Shown here in pieces: positions 26,481 to 48,600 of a stretch of 64,000 nucleotides of DNA; positions within the stretch are counted from its first letter, which is position 1; the number at the start of each line of letters is the position of its first letter. The notes under the pieces are model-generated. The model did no database searches and was not told the DNA's origin. It saw nothing but the letters and a program-made list of their open reading frames with translations. Origin of the DNA: Eledone cirrhosa (lineage: Eukaryota); contig OZ024742.1 of assembly GCA_964016885.1 (NCBI GenBank), forward strand, positions 287,804,001 to 287,868,000, written 5' to 3'. The translations under genes were made by a program, and so were the position numbers.

Positions 26481-26687
26481 ATTAGAAAGTGAGGTTTTTT
26501 TTACAAAATGAAAAATAACCGAGGTGTCCTACACGAGTGGAAGTATAAAGAAAAAAGGGATGAAATCGAAAAATCCAACTGAAGTCTTATTTTTTTTAAA
26601 AATATATATATTTATTGGTTCCTTTACCGGTTTCGCAGTTCTTCTGCTTTTCAAAAGGTGAGTTGAGATGGAGAGTCTGTGGTTTTT
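26481..26687 (-). mobile_element. Solo PLE leader/pseudo-LTR fragment with U3-A8 HHR at 26621-26658
   Basis: Reverse complement of about 1286-1491 with few differences. Confidence 0.85.
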
Positions 26688-26978
26688 ATATACATATATA
26701 TATATACATACTATATATATATATACTTACTATATATATATATATACATATATATATATACATATATATACATATACATACTTATATATATATATACATA
26801 TATATACATATACATATATATACATATACATACTTATATATATATATACATATATATACATATACATATATATACATATATATACTTATATATATATATA
26901 TACATATATATACATATATATACATATATATATATATACATATATATACATATATATATACATATAATATATATATAC

Positions 26979-27009
<31 letters not shown>

Positions 27010-27108
27010 CATATATATACATATATATATATATATACATATATATACATATATATATATATATACATATATATACATATATATACATATATATACATAT
27101 ATATATAC

Positions 27109-27155
<47 letters not shown>

Positions 27156-27158
27156 CAA

Positions 27159-27205
<47 letters not shown>

Positions 27206-27216
27206 CATATATATAC

Positions 27217-27301
<85 letters not shown>

Positions 27302-27316
27302 CATATATATATATAC

Positions 27317-27373
<57 letters not shown>

Positions 27374-27397
27374 ACATATATATATAAATATATATAC

Positions 27398-27538
<141 letters not shown>

Positions 27539-27576
27539 CACATATATATATATATACACATATATATATATATAAC

Positions 27577-27625
<49 letters not shown>

Positions 27626-27646
27626 CACATATATATATATATACAC

Positions 27647-27677
<31 letters not shown>

Positions 27678-27702
27678 ATATAACATATATATATATATAC
27701 AC

Positions 27703-27747
<45 letters not shown>

Positions 27748-27748
27748 C

Positions 27749-27881
<133 letters not shown>

Positions 27882-27913
27882 CATATATATATATTATACA
27901 TATATATATATAC

Positions 27914-28144
<231 letters not shown>

Positions 28145-28145
28145 C

Positions 28146-28216
<71 letters not shown>

Positions 28217-28285
28217 CATATATACATATATATATATATACATATACATATATATATACATATACATATATATATATATATACAC

Positions 28286-28330
<45 letters not shown>

Positions 28331-28399
28331 CAAAATATATATATATATATACTATATATATATAACATATATATATACTATACATATATATATATACAA

Positions 28400-28439
<40 letters not shown>

Positions 28440-28448
28440 CATATATAC

Positions 28449-28479
<31 letters not shown>

Positions 28480-28516
28480 CATATATATATACATATATAT
28501 ACATATATATATATAC

Positions 28517-28567
<51 letters not shown>

Positions 28568-28592
28568 CATATATATATACATATATATATAC

Positions 28593-28652
<60 letters not shown>

Positions 28653-28656
28653 ATAC

Positions 28657-28703
<47 letters not shown>

Positions 28704-28727
28704 CATATACATATATATATATATATA

Positions 28728-28930
28728 AAATATTAAACAAATAATGAACAAACAATTCCTTATATTAAACAAAAAAAGTTCACTATTTAACGATCGTTTC
28801 TAGGGCATATATGTGTTATAATTGGTATGCATATTTAACAGATCTATGTACAAAATTATCAAGATTAAATATACATACCTAACTCATATATACGCCGTCT
28901 TCAGAAATATAAACTCTTGGTAGATTTATC

Positions 28931-28932
<2 letters not shown>
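28728..28932 (-). mobile_element. ~200-bp HHR-bearing island, probably a PLE pseudo-LTR
   Basis: Unique island in (TA)n made up mostly of an HHR fold. Confidence 0.6.
28776..28917 (-). ncRNA. Type I hammerhead ribozyme with long stem II (family D)
   Basis: Minus strand: TATTT-CTGAAGA-[about 97-nt hairpin GGCGTATAT...ATATATGCC]-GAAA-CGATCG-TT-AAATA. Confidence 0.75.
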
Positions 28933-28965
<33 letters not shown>

Positions 28966-28969
28966 CTAC

Positions 28970-29008
<39 letters not shown>

Positions 29009-29068
29009 CATATACATATACATATACATATATATACATATACATATATATATATATATATATATAAC

Positions 29069-29201
<133 letters not shown>

Positions 29202-29218
29202 TATATATATATATATAC

Positions 29219-29255
<37 letters not shown>

Positions 29256-29303
29256 CATATATACATATATATATATACATATATAATATATATACATATA
29301 TAC

Positions 29304-29360
<57 letters not shown>

Positions 29361-29405
29361 CATATATATATACATATATATATACATATACATATATATA
29401 TATAC

Positions 29406-29458
<53 letters not shown>

Positions 29459-29460
29459 AC

Positions 29461-29493
<33 letters not shown>

Positions 29494-29530
29494 CATATAT
29501 ATATACATATATATATACATATATATATAC

Positions 29531-29645
<115 letters not shown>

Positions 29646-29648
29646 CAC

Positions 29649-29801
<153 letters not shown>

Positions 29802-29838
29802 CATATATATACATATATATATATATATACATATATAC

Positions 29839-29907
<69 letters not shown>

Positions 29908-29914
29908 CATATAT

Positions 29915-30217
29915 AACTCCAATAATGACAACACTAATAACTGACCAATGAGAGGAGAAGGGGACCTGTGACACGAAAATTCGTTTGTTTGAATTCATAT
30001 GACTCCAGTTCCCCAGTGAATTAACAACCCAGCAAGGAACTGGGCATATCAGAGTATTGACAATATCATACACCTAAACAACATATGTACTTGTCTATAC
30101 CATACTAATTCAAACTGCCTGAAGAGGTCACAGCCAAAGATGGCTGTCACTGAAATATATATAGCAGTAATAAACGAAGCTAAATTTTAATCATTTGACT
30201 TTTATTTAACTTTATTA
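29915..30217 (+). mobile_element. ~300-bp HHR element (family A), copy 3; HHR at 30114-30168
   Basis: Same boundaries as copies 1 and 2, with a few substitutions. Confidence 0.85.
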
Positions 30218-30456
30218 TACATACATATATATATATACATATATATATATACATATATATATATACATATATATACATATATATATACATATATACATAT
30301 ATACATATATACATATATATATATATACATATATATATATACATATATATACATATATATATACATATATACATATATACATATATACATATATATATAT
30401 ATACATATATACATATATATATACATATATACATATATACATATATACATATATAC

Positions 30457-30487
<31 letters not shown>

Positions 30488-30504
30488 CATATATATATAT
30501 ATCC

Positions 30505-30535
<31 letters not shown>

Positions 30536-30624
30536 CATATATACATATATATAATTATATATATACATATATATATATACACATATATATATACATATAT
30601 ACATATATATATATATATACATAT

Positions 30625-30687
<63 letters not shown>

Positions 30688-31058
30688 TACATATATATAT
30701 ACATATACATATATACATATATACATATACATATACATATATACATATATATATATATACATATATATTTATATATACATATACATATATATATATATAC
30801 ATATATATATACATATATACATATACATATATATATATATACATATATATATACATATATATATATACATATATATATATACATATATATATATACATAT
30901 ATATATATACATATATATATATACATATATATATATACATATCTATATACATATACATATATACATATCTATATATACATATCTATATATACATATCTAT
31001 ATATACATATACATATATACATATACATATACATATATACATATACACATATATATAT

Positions 31059-35309
<4,251 letters not shown>

Positions 35310-35422
35310 ACTTATTGACACTTATACGTACGACATACACACACACGCATACATATGCGTGCACACAGCAACACTCGCACACACAACAAACACACACACA
35401 CGCTACTCTACTCACTTACACG

Positions 35423-35453
<31 letters not shown>

Positions 35454-35864
35454 TACCGTCATTACTGATACAAGATTACCAGATTATGTCAACTGTTGAC
35501 TTTCAAGAGTTTGTATAGTTGAAGCCGATCGTATTACAGTCCAGTATTACTATAATTGCTTTACAGCATAGAGTTATGGCTCTCCACGGAGTCAACAAAA
35601 GAGAGTACCAGTGATGCGCTGGCCAGTCGCTGGATCCGTGCCAAAAGCAGAAAAATTATTATTAAAGTTGTTCTTAAGGCCAGGTCGCTGGTGATGGTGA
35701 TGGCGACGGCGGTGGCGGTGGTGGTGGTGGTGGCAGTTGATGTTGTTGTTCTGTTGTGTGTGTGTGTGTGTGTGTGTTTTGTTATTTTGAGTTTTTTTTT
35801 TTTTTTTTTTTTCCTTTCTTTTTTTTCTCCTTTTTTTTTTTTTTTTTTCCCCTTCCCTTTTCTG

Positions 35865-36183
35865 TATATATATATACATATATATACATACATATATATA
35901 TATACATATATATACATATATATATATACATATATATACATATATATATATACATATATATACATATATATATATACATATATATACATATATATATATA
36001 CATATATATACATATATATATATACATATATATACATATATATATATACATATATATACATATATATATATACATATATATACATATATATATATATACA
36101 TATATATACATATATATATACATATATATATACATATATATATACATATATATATACATATATATATACATATATATATATAC

Positions 36184-36246
<63 letters not shown>

Positions 36247-36369
36247 TATATACATATATATATATACATATATATATACATATATATATATACATATATA
36301 TATACATATATATATACATATATATATACATATATATATACATATATATATACATATATACATATATAA

Positions 36370-36418
<49 letters not shown>

Positions 36419-36445
36419 TACATATATATACATATATAATATATA
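35865..36445. repeat. (TA)n/TACA array with 18-bp higher-order units
   Basis: Directly visible. Confidence 0.95.
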
Positions 36446-36471
36446 AGAACAAAAGATGGTTAAAAGAGTTC

Positions 36472-36556
36472 CATGTATTTTTTTATGCGCATTTCAAAAA
36501 CAAATATCATCATGCAATAATATTTGTGTTTTCATCAGATAAAACAGGAGGACATG
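36472..36556 (-). ncRNA. Type I hammerhead ribozyme (family E)
   Basis: Minus strand: GTTTTAT-CTGATGA-aaacACAAATATTAT tgcatg ATGATATTTGTtttt-GAAA-TGCGCA-TA-AAAAAAT; stem I imperfect. Confidence 0.7.
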
Positions 36557-36847
36557 ATATGAAGGTTAAAAAACACTTGTGGATAGTTCAGTTTTAAATC
36601 AACATATAAGAAGTAGTTTTAGATTGATGTGTGATATTGGGAAAAATATTTTATTTAGGGGGGGGGGAGGTTGGAAAGGATGAAAAAAAGGAGGAGATGA
36701 GAGTGAAGGTGGAGAGGGAGGAGTATAATGAGGAAGGATGAGATAGGAGAGATGGGTGATAGAGAGAGAGAGATAGCTTTTATAACTGAGAAAGATATAT
36801 TGTTTTACATAGAGAGGTTGAAAACCGTTATAATGTATAAATTAAAA

Positions 36848-37475
36848 GAATTTGAAAATTAACGAAGAGAAACATAATGTAAAGTTAAGGTTTGTATATT
36901 GAGGGGTTTGATAATATGTGCGAAGAAAAAGAAAGAGTTAATATGCATTGAGAATAATGAGTTAGATGAAACGTCAAAAAAAATGTATATGTTTGCGAAG
37001 GATTTTTACAAGGTGATATAGAGTAAGAATGTGTTGTATTATGTAATAATTAATTCTATGTTAGGCAAGAGTGAGAAAAGGTACAGATTAGGGGTTAGAT
37101 ATTAGAAGAAGAAGAGAAGAAAGGGAAGTGATAAATAGGGGTGATGTAGAAAGAGTAGACAAGTATTATAGAATTTGAAAATTAACGAAGAGAAAATTAA
37201 TGTTAAGTTAAGGTTTGTATATTGAGGGGTTTGATAATATGTCCGAAGAAAAAATGAGTTAGATGAAAGGGAGTAAAAGAATAATGAATTGAGGATGAAT
37301 AATCTAACGTCAAAAAGAATGAATATGTTTACGAAGGATTTTTACAAGGTGATATAGAGTAAGAATGTGTTGTATTATGTAATAATTGATTCTATGTTAG
37401 GCAGGAGTGAGAAGAAGAGAAGAAAGGGAAGTGATAAATAGGGGTGATGTAGAAAGAGTAGACAAGTATTATAGA
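36848..37475. repeat. Two diverged tandem units of about 320 bp in the PLE 3' UTR
   Basis: GAATTTGAAAATTAACGAAGAGAAA at 36848 and 37171; both units end in GTAGACAAGTATTATAGAAT. Confidence 0.9.
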
Positions 37476-37845
37476 ATGTATAATAACCTTTGAAATAAGG
37501 TAGAAAGATGGGTATATTTTTAAAAGAAGTGTATATATATATATATATGTGCCTTTGAGAAAAAGATTCAATAAAAAATTGAATATTAGCTGTATACTTT
37601 GTGAAATGTTTTATGGAATTTATGCAAGCAGATAGAAAACAAGTCAGTGCGTCTATTTATTATAGAATCTAGATTAGAGATAATGGTAAATTTTTCATTT
37701 AGACAGAGATTGCAGATTTTGGATAGAGAACTGTTCAAGTATGTAGACGCAAAAGAAACCTTCCTATTACCCACTCAACTACCCTAAGTATTGAGTACTT
37801 TGGTGCGTTATGGTCCACCTGGTTCCTTCCCACATTTCCTTTGTT

Positions 37846-41615
<3,770 letters not shown>

Positions 41616-43282
41616 AAACCCCTATACTTAGCTCTAGCTAAAAGTAAACCCCTATACTTAGATTTCGTCGACTTGGAGAAGGCCTTCGACAGAGTCCCCC
41701 GTTCCATTATCTGGTGGGCTCTTAGAAAACTAGGTGTTGATGAATGGCTTGTGAGAGCTATACAAGCCATGTACAAAGAAACAGTCAGCAAGGTTAGAAT
41801 TAACAACGAATATAGTGAAGAGTTTAGTGTAAAAGTTGGTGTTCATCAGGGCTCTGTTCTTAGCCCCCTACTATTTATTATTGCCCTCCAGGCTATAACA
41901 GTGGAGTTCGAGACCGGCTGCCCATGGGAATTCCTATACGCAGATGATCTAACGCTCATAGCTGAATCAATGGCCGAGCGAGAGAAGAAATTCCAAACAT
42001 GGAAGCACGGCCTAGAATCAAAAGGCCTTAAAATTAACCTGGCTAAGACTAAAGTTCTAGTTTGTAAGAAAGAAAATAAGGCGGCGGTCCCCTCCGGGAA
42101 GTGGCCATGCGCAGTGTGTAGGAAAGGCGTAGGTAGAAATTCCATTTTGTGTCCCAAATGCAAAGTTTGGGTGCATAAAAGATGTAGTGGGATCACAGGT
42201 AAGCTAACTAAGAATATAGATTTTACATGTGGCCGGTGTTCTGGGGCAATAAGTAGCAGCAAGTGCCCACAAAATACTAGTTCTTTCAACTGCGCAGAGG
42301 GTTCTATAGAAATAGTAGACAGCTTCCGTTACCTGGGTGACAAAATCAGCAGTGGGGGAGGGTGCTCTGAAAGTACAGTAGCTAGAGTCAGAACTGGGTG
42401 GAAAAAGTTCAGAGAGCTTATACCACTATTAGCCGCTAAAGGGTTCTCCCTAAAAATGAAAGGCAGGCTGTACGATGCCTGCATACGAACAGCATTGTTG
42501 CATGGCAGTGAGACCTGGACATTGTGTGCAGAGGATATACGCAGACTAGAGAGAAACGAAGCTTGCATGCTCCGTTGGATGTGTAATAGTAATATACGTG
42601 AACGACAAAGCATAAACGAACTAAGGAAAAAATTAGAAATAAGAGGGATCAGATGTTGTTTACTAGAGAGAAGGCTACGTTGGTATGATCACGTGATACG
42701 CATGAAGGACGATAGCTGTATAACAAAGTGCAGGGCAATAAAGATAGACGGTAGCCACGGAATAGGCAGACCCAGAAAAACCTGGGACGAGCTGATAAAC
42801 TCCGACCTCACACACTTACACCTCACCAAGACAATGTCACTGGACCGAGACCTTTGGCGGTACTCAGTAATAGAGAAGACCCGCCTTACCTAAATACATA
42901 GTAAAACCTACTACAGCCAGTAGGCATCTCTAACAAAATACACCTCCGTCCCACCACCCACACCCCCATCCACACCACCCCCTCCTATGTAAAGTTATGT
43001 TGGTGCCACAACATCCAGGCCGAAACAAATGAGATTGTGTAGGTGTCACGACAAAAAAACACACAGTCCACGCTGTAATGTGGCCGTGTAGGCAACACGG
43101 TAAAAACCTCCCAGACCCACACTGTAAATGTGGTTGGTGTTAGGAAGGGCATCCAACTGTAGAAAACCTGCCAGACAGTCCTATGCGAGCAAGACAATCA
43201 CTCTTGCCTCAAGTGGGAAAACCCCCGTCCAAACCCATGCAAGCGTGGAACACGGACGTTAAACGTTGATGATGATGATGAT
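41616..43282 (+). mobile_element. RTE family B, 5'-truncated copy (RT C-terminal half 41673-42893)
   Basis: [26 protein letters not shown]; highly similar to about 55800-57424; (GAT)n tail. Confidence 0.93.
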
Positions 43283-45494
<2,212 letters not shown>

Positions 45495-45517
45495 TATTAG
45501 ATGAGATTCTAGAGATA

Positions 45518-46405
45518 CGTCTATCTCTAGAATCTCATCTAATAAAAAGATTTTCGACGAAAAAGCCCAGTATTACAATGAAGCGTTAGCTAGAGCAGGA
45601 TATAGTGATAAAATTATGTACATAGATAATAATAGACAAACTAACCAAAATAACAACAATTTTAAGTACGGCAACAACTTTAACAACTATAATAGAAAGC
45701 ATTACAATAATTCCAAAAGCCAAAAAAGAAATAGAACTAGGAATATAATATGGTTTGCCCCCCCTTCTCACTAAACATTAAACCCACATCGCTAAACTAT
45801 TTTTTGGTGCTCTTGATGATCGCTTCCCTGGAGCACATAGGTGTCGCTCAATTTTCGATAGACATGCTGTAGGGTTGACTTACTCGTCCACCAGGGATTT
45901 GGCACAAAATGTTGATGGAATAAATGATAGGAATTTGGGGCCTAGCCAAAATACCGATAGTAGCATAAATAATATCCAAGTGGGCAAGTGTGACTGTGGA
46001 GATGGATCTGAATGTCCGTTGAATAACAATTGCTTGGTTGGGGGTGTGATATACGGCTGTAGTGTTGGAGCGGACTTGGGTTCTTTTGGCTATGTTGGTT
46101 CCGCCTCGGCAGAATTTGGGCTTCGCTGTGGTGGCACAGGGGTCTTTCAGGATCCAGGCGGGGGATCTTCAGCGTCGCTGTCGGGCTTGCTCTGGCAACT
46201 TGGGCATGATGGCGTTGGATGTTCGACGGCTTGGGGTATGGTCTCAAGAGGGATTCCTTTTGATTCATCTTCTGGGACATGTGGCCTCTGCGCGGGGGGG
46301 ATGTTCTTTGTGCTAAAATCTGGGGGTTCCCTTAGTTTACGGACAGATTTATTCGGTTGCTGCAGACATGGATTGAGCTCGGCTTTTGAATATAATATAA
46401 ATTAA
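45518..46405 (+). pseudogene. PLE RT thumb, linker and GIY-YIG endonuclease pseudogene
   Basis: Motifs as above; frameshift in the C-run near 45760; abnormal Gly/Asp/Ala/Val enrichment. Confidence 0.8.
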
Positions 46406-47708
46406 ATGTAGTGTAGTGTACTTATGATTTGTAATTATTTATGAAACTCGCCGATAAATCTTTCGATATCTTTTTTTTAAACATTCTTCATGAATAATTA
46501 AACTGCCCTAAAGGATGATGCTCCAAATATATCGAATGAATTTTACACTAGATAGACTTCTATAATAAATATAAGACCATCTGTAGATCAAATGGGTATC
46601 CTAAACTTTGGAATGATTTCTGCTGGACGGGATTTGGTGGATGGTTTTGGTTTGTTTGCTTTTGATTCTGATGCTTATAATGAACTGGCAGTATATTGTC
46701 AATTGATTTTGAAGGGTTGATTTCTGTGGTTGGTTTTGCGGGGCTATACTGTGTTTTATTTTTTAATATTTTTTAATATTTTTATTGATATATTGATATC
46801 TGTTGTCTATTTGTGCTTGAACGATGGTCGTGTAGAGTAAAGACAGGAATAGTGTTGTTAAAATTAATGTAGATTCTATATATATTTGTGTGTATGTACA
46901 CATATATGTATACTGGAATTTTTATAGCACAATGAGAATGTTTTCATGTGAAGTGGAATTTGCAGAGTTGATCGCGTGGATTCACATGGGTGTCTATAGT
47001 ATCGAATCTGGGATGGCCTTCTATTTTCTTTTCTTTTTTCTTGAGGGTGCATATATACTTGTGTGTTTCGGTTTTTTTGGAAGTTTTTGCCTCAGTTTTT
47101 TTATCTCAGTTCTGATTATAAACTGGGAGTTTTAAACTAGACATATGATCATTATTTTTCACACATTGGTGCGTGTCTCATTCATGGGTGCTGGTGTTTG
47201 CTTATGGTACCTAATTCGTACGAGTTGATGTTTTAGATTGATGAGATATGGTGTTTTAAATCTGCCTCGTTTATCTCTGGATATTTTTCTTTCTCTCTAT
47301 GTAACGGCTGTTTTCTCTCCTAACCACATATATCTCTCTCTACCTTAATACTAGACTAAATAAATAAATAAATAAATAAATATATCATTGATACGTCATT
47401 CCAACTGGTGCCCACTACCTATTTTTCTCTCTCTCTATCTCTATCTATATCTATCTCTCTCTATTTTTCTCTCTCTCTCCCTCTGTTTTTTCTCTCTCTA
47501 TCTATCTCTCTCTGTTTTTTCTTTACATGAATTTCTCTCTCTATCTATCTCTCTATATCTATCTCTCTCTGTTTTTCGTTGCATGCATTTCTTCTTTTTC
47601 TTCGCTTTCTTTCTTTCTTTCTTTTATAACTGTCCCTAACATTTTTCACTACCAAATCAACTTTTTAAATGGAAGTTGAAGTTGTAAGGTATGTCAAATC
47701 TATCTATT

Positions 47709-47807
47709 TATAAGACTGTTTATATCGTATTTTGTCTGATGAAGGCATACCATATTTTTAATATGATATCCCTGAAATATATATAATGAAATAAATATGG
47801 TTTTATA
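47709..47807 (+). ncRNA. Type I hammerhead ribozyme (family B), canonical core
   Basis: CTGATGA 47736-47742 ... GAAA TATATA TA; extended stem I. Confidence 0.8.
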
Positions 47808-47943
47808 AATATAGTTTCCATTTATTTAATATCGTAAATATACTCCAAATACTTGTTGAGTGCTTTTATATCAGTTATAAATATTTACTCGTTGTAACCC
47901 AACAATTTAAATAAACTTTACATATATATATATAAATATATAT

Positions 47944-47975
<32 letters not shown>

Positions 47976-47992
47976 AATATATATATATATAA

Positions 47993-48037
<45 letters not shown>

Positions 48038-48244
48038 TATATATAAATATATATATATATAAATATATATATAAAATATATATATATAAATATATATATA
48101 AATATATATATAAATAAATATATATATATATAAATATACGTCAATACTCATCTTTTTCCATTTATCTGAGGGTTCTAAACCCGTTATCAAGCTAAAATTC
48201 CTTTAGTTAAAAATACGGTGAAAGCTATATATTTTCTAATATAT

Positions 48245-48295
<51 letters not shown>

Positions 48296-48321
48296 AATAT
48301 ATATATATAATATATATAAAT

Positions 48322-48353
<32 letters not shown>

Positions 48354-48354
48354 C

Positions 48355-48533
48355 GATATTAAACAAATGGAAACTATATTTATAAAACCATATTTATTTC
48401 ATTATACATATTTCAGGGATACCATATTAAAAATATGCATGCCTTCGTCAGATAAAATACAATATATAACCAGTTTTATAAATAATTTTGACATACCATA
48501 AATATAGCGACCATTAAGGTAGGAGGCTGGCTT

Positions 48534-48535
<2 letters not shown>
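48355..48535 (-). mobile_element. Inverted family B pseudo-LTR fragment with HHR at 48381-48480 (CTGACGA core)
   Basis: Reverse-complement homologue of about 47685-47835. Confidence 0.75.
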
Positions 48536-48591
<56 letters not shown>

Positions 48592-48600
48592 CATATATAT

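Larger units (their letters stand above)
36446..37845 (-). mobile_element. PLE 3' fragment: endonuclease C-terminus, 3' UTR and terminal HHR
   Basis: ORF 37586-37774 reads SKICNLCLNEKFTII..NRRTDLFSICLHK, matching the C-terminus of the ORF at 45875-46405; HHR at 36472-36556. Confidence 0.75.
45495..47920 (+). mobile_element. 5'-truncated PLE with C-terminal GIY-YIG-type endonuclease (Nematis-like by motif recall), A-to-G hypermutated
   Basis: RISSNKKIFDEKAQYYNEALARAGY...RNIIWFAPP (frameshift)...CDC...CPLNNNCL..VIY..YVG..C.LC...RTDLF.CCRH; long 3' UTR; terminal HHR. Confidence 0.85.

Noticed and set aside
41846-42613. Antisense ORFs over LINE coding regions (also within 11738-12416, 31590-34588 and 54057-56998)
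   Set aside because: Shadow ORFs of the RT frames with no independent motifs.
48138-48240. Possible additional hammerhead (CTGAGGG...GAAA GCTATA TA)
   Set aside because: The core deviates at A9, stem I does not pair, and stem III is not palindromic.
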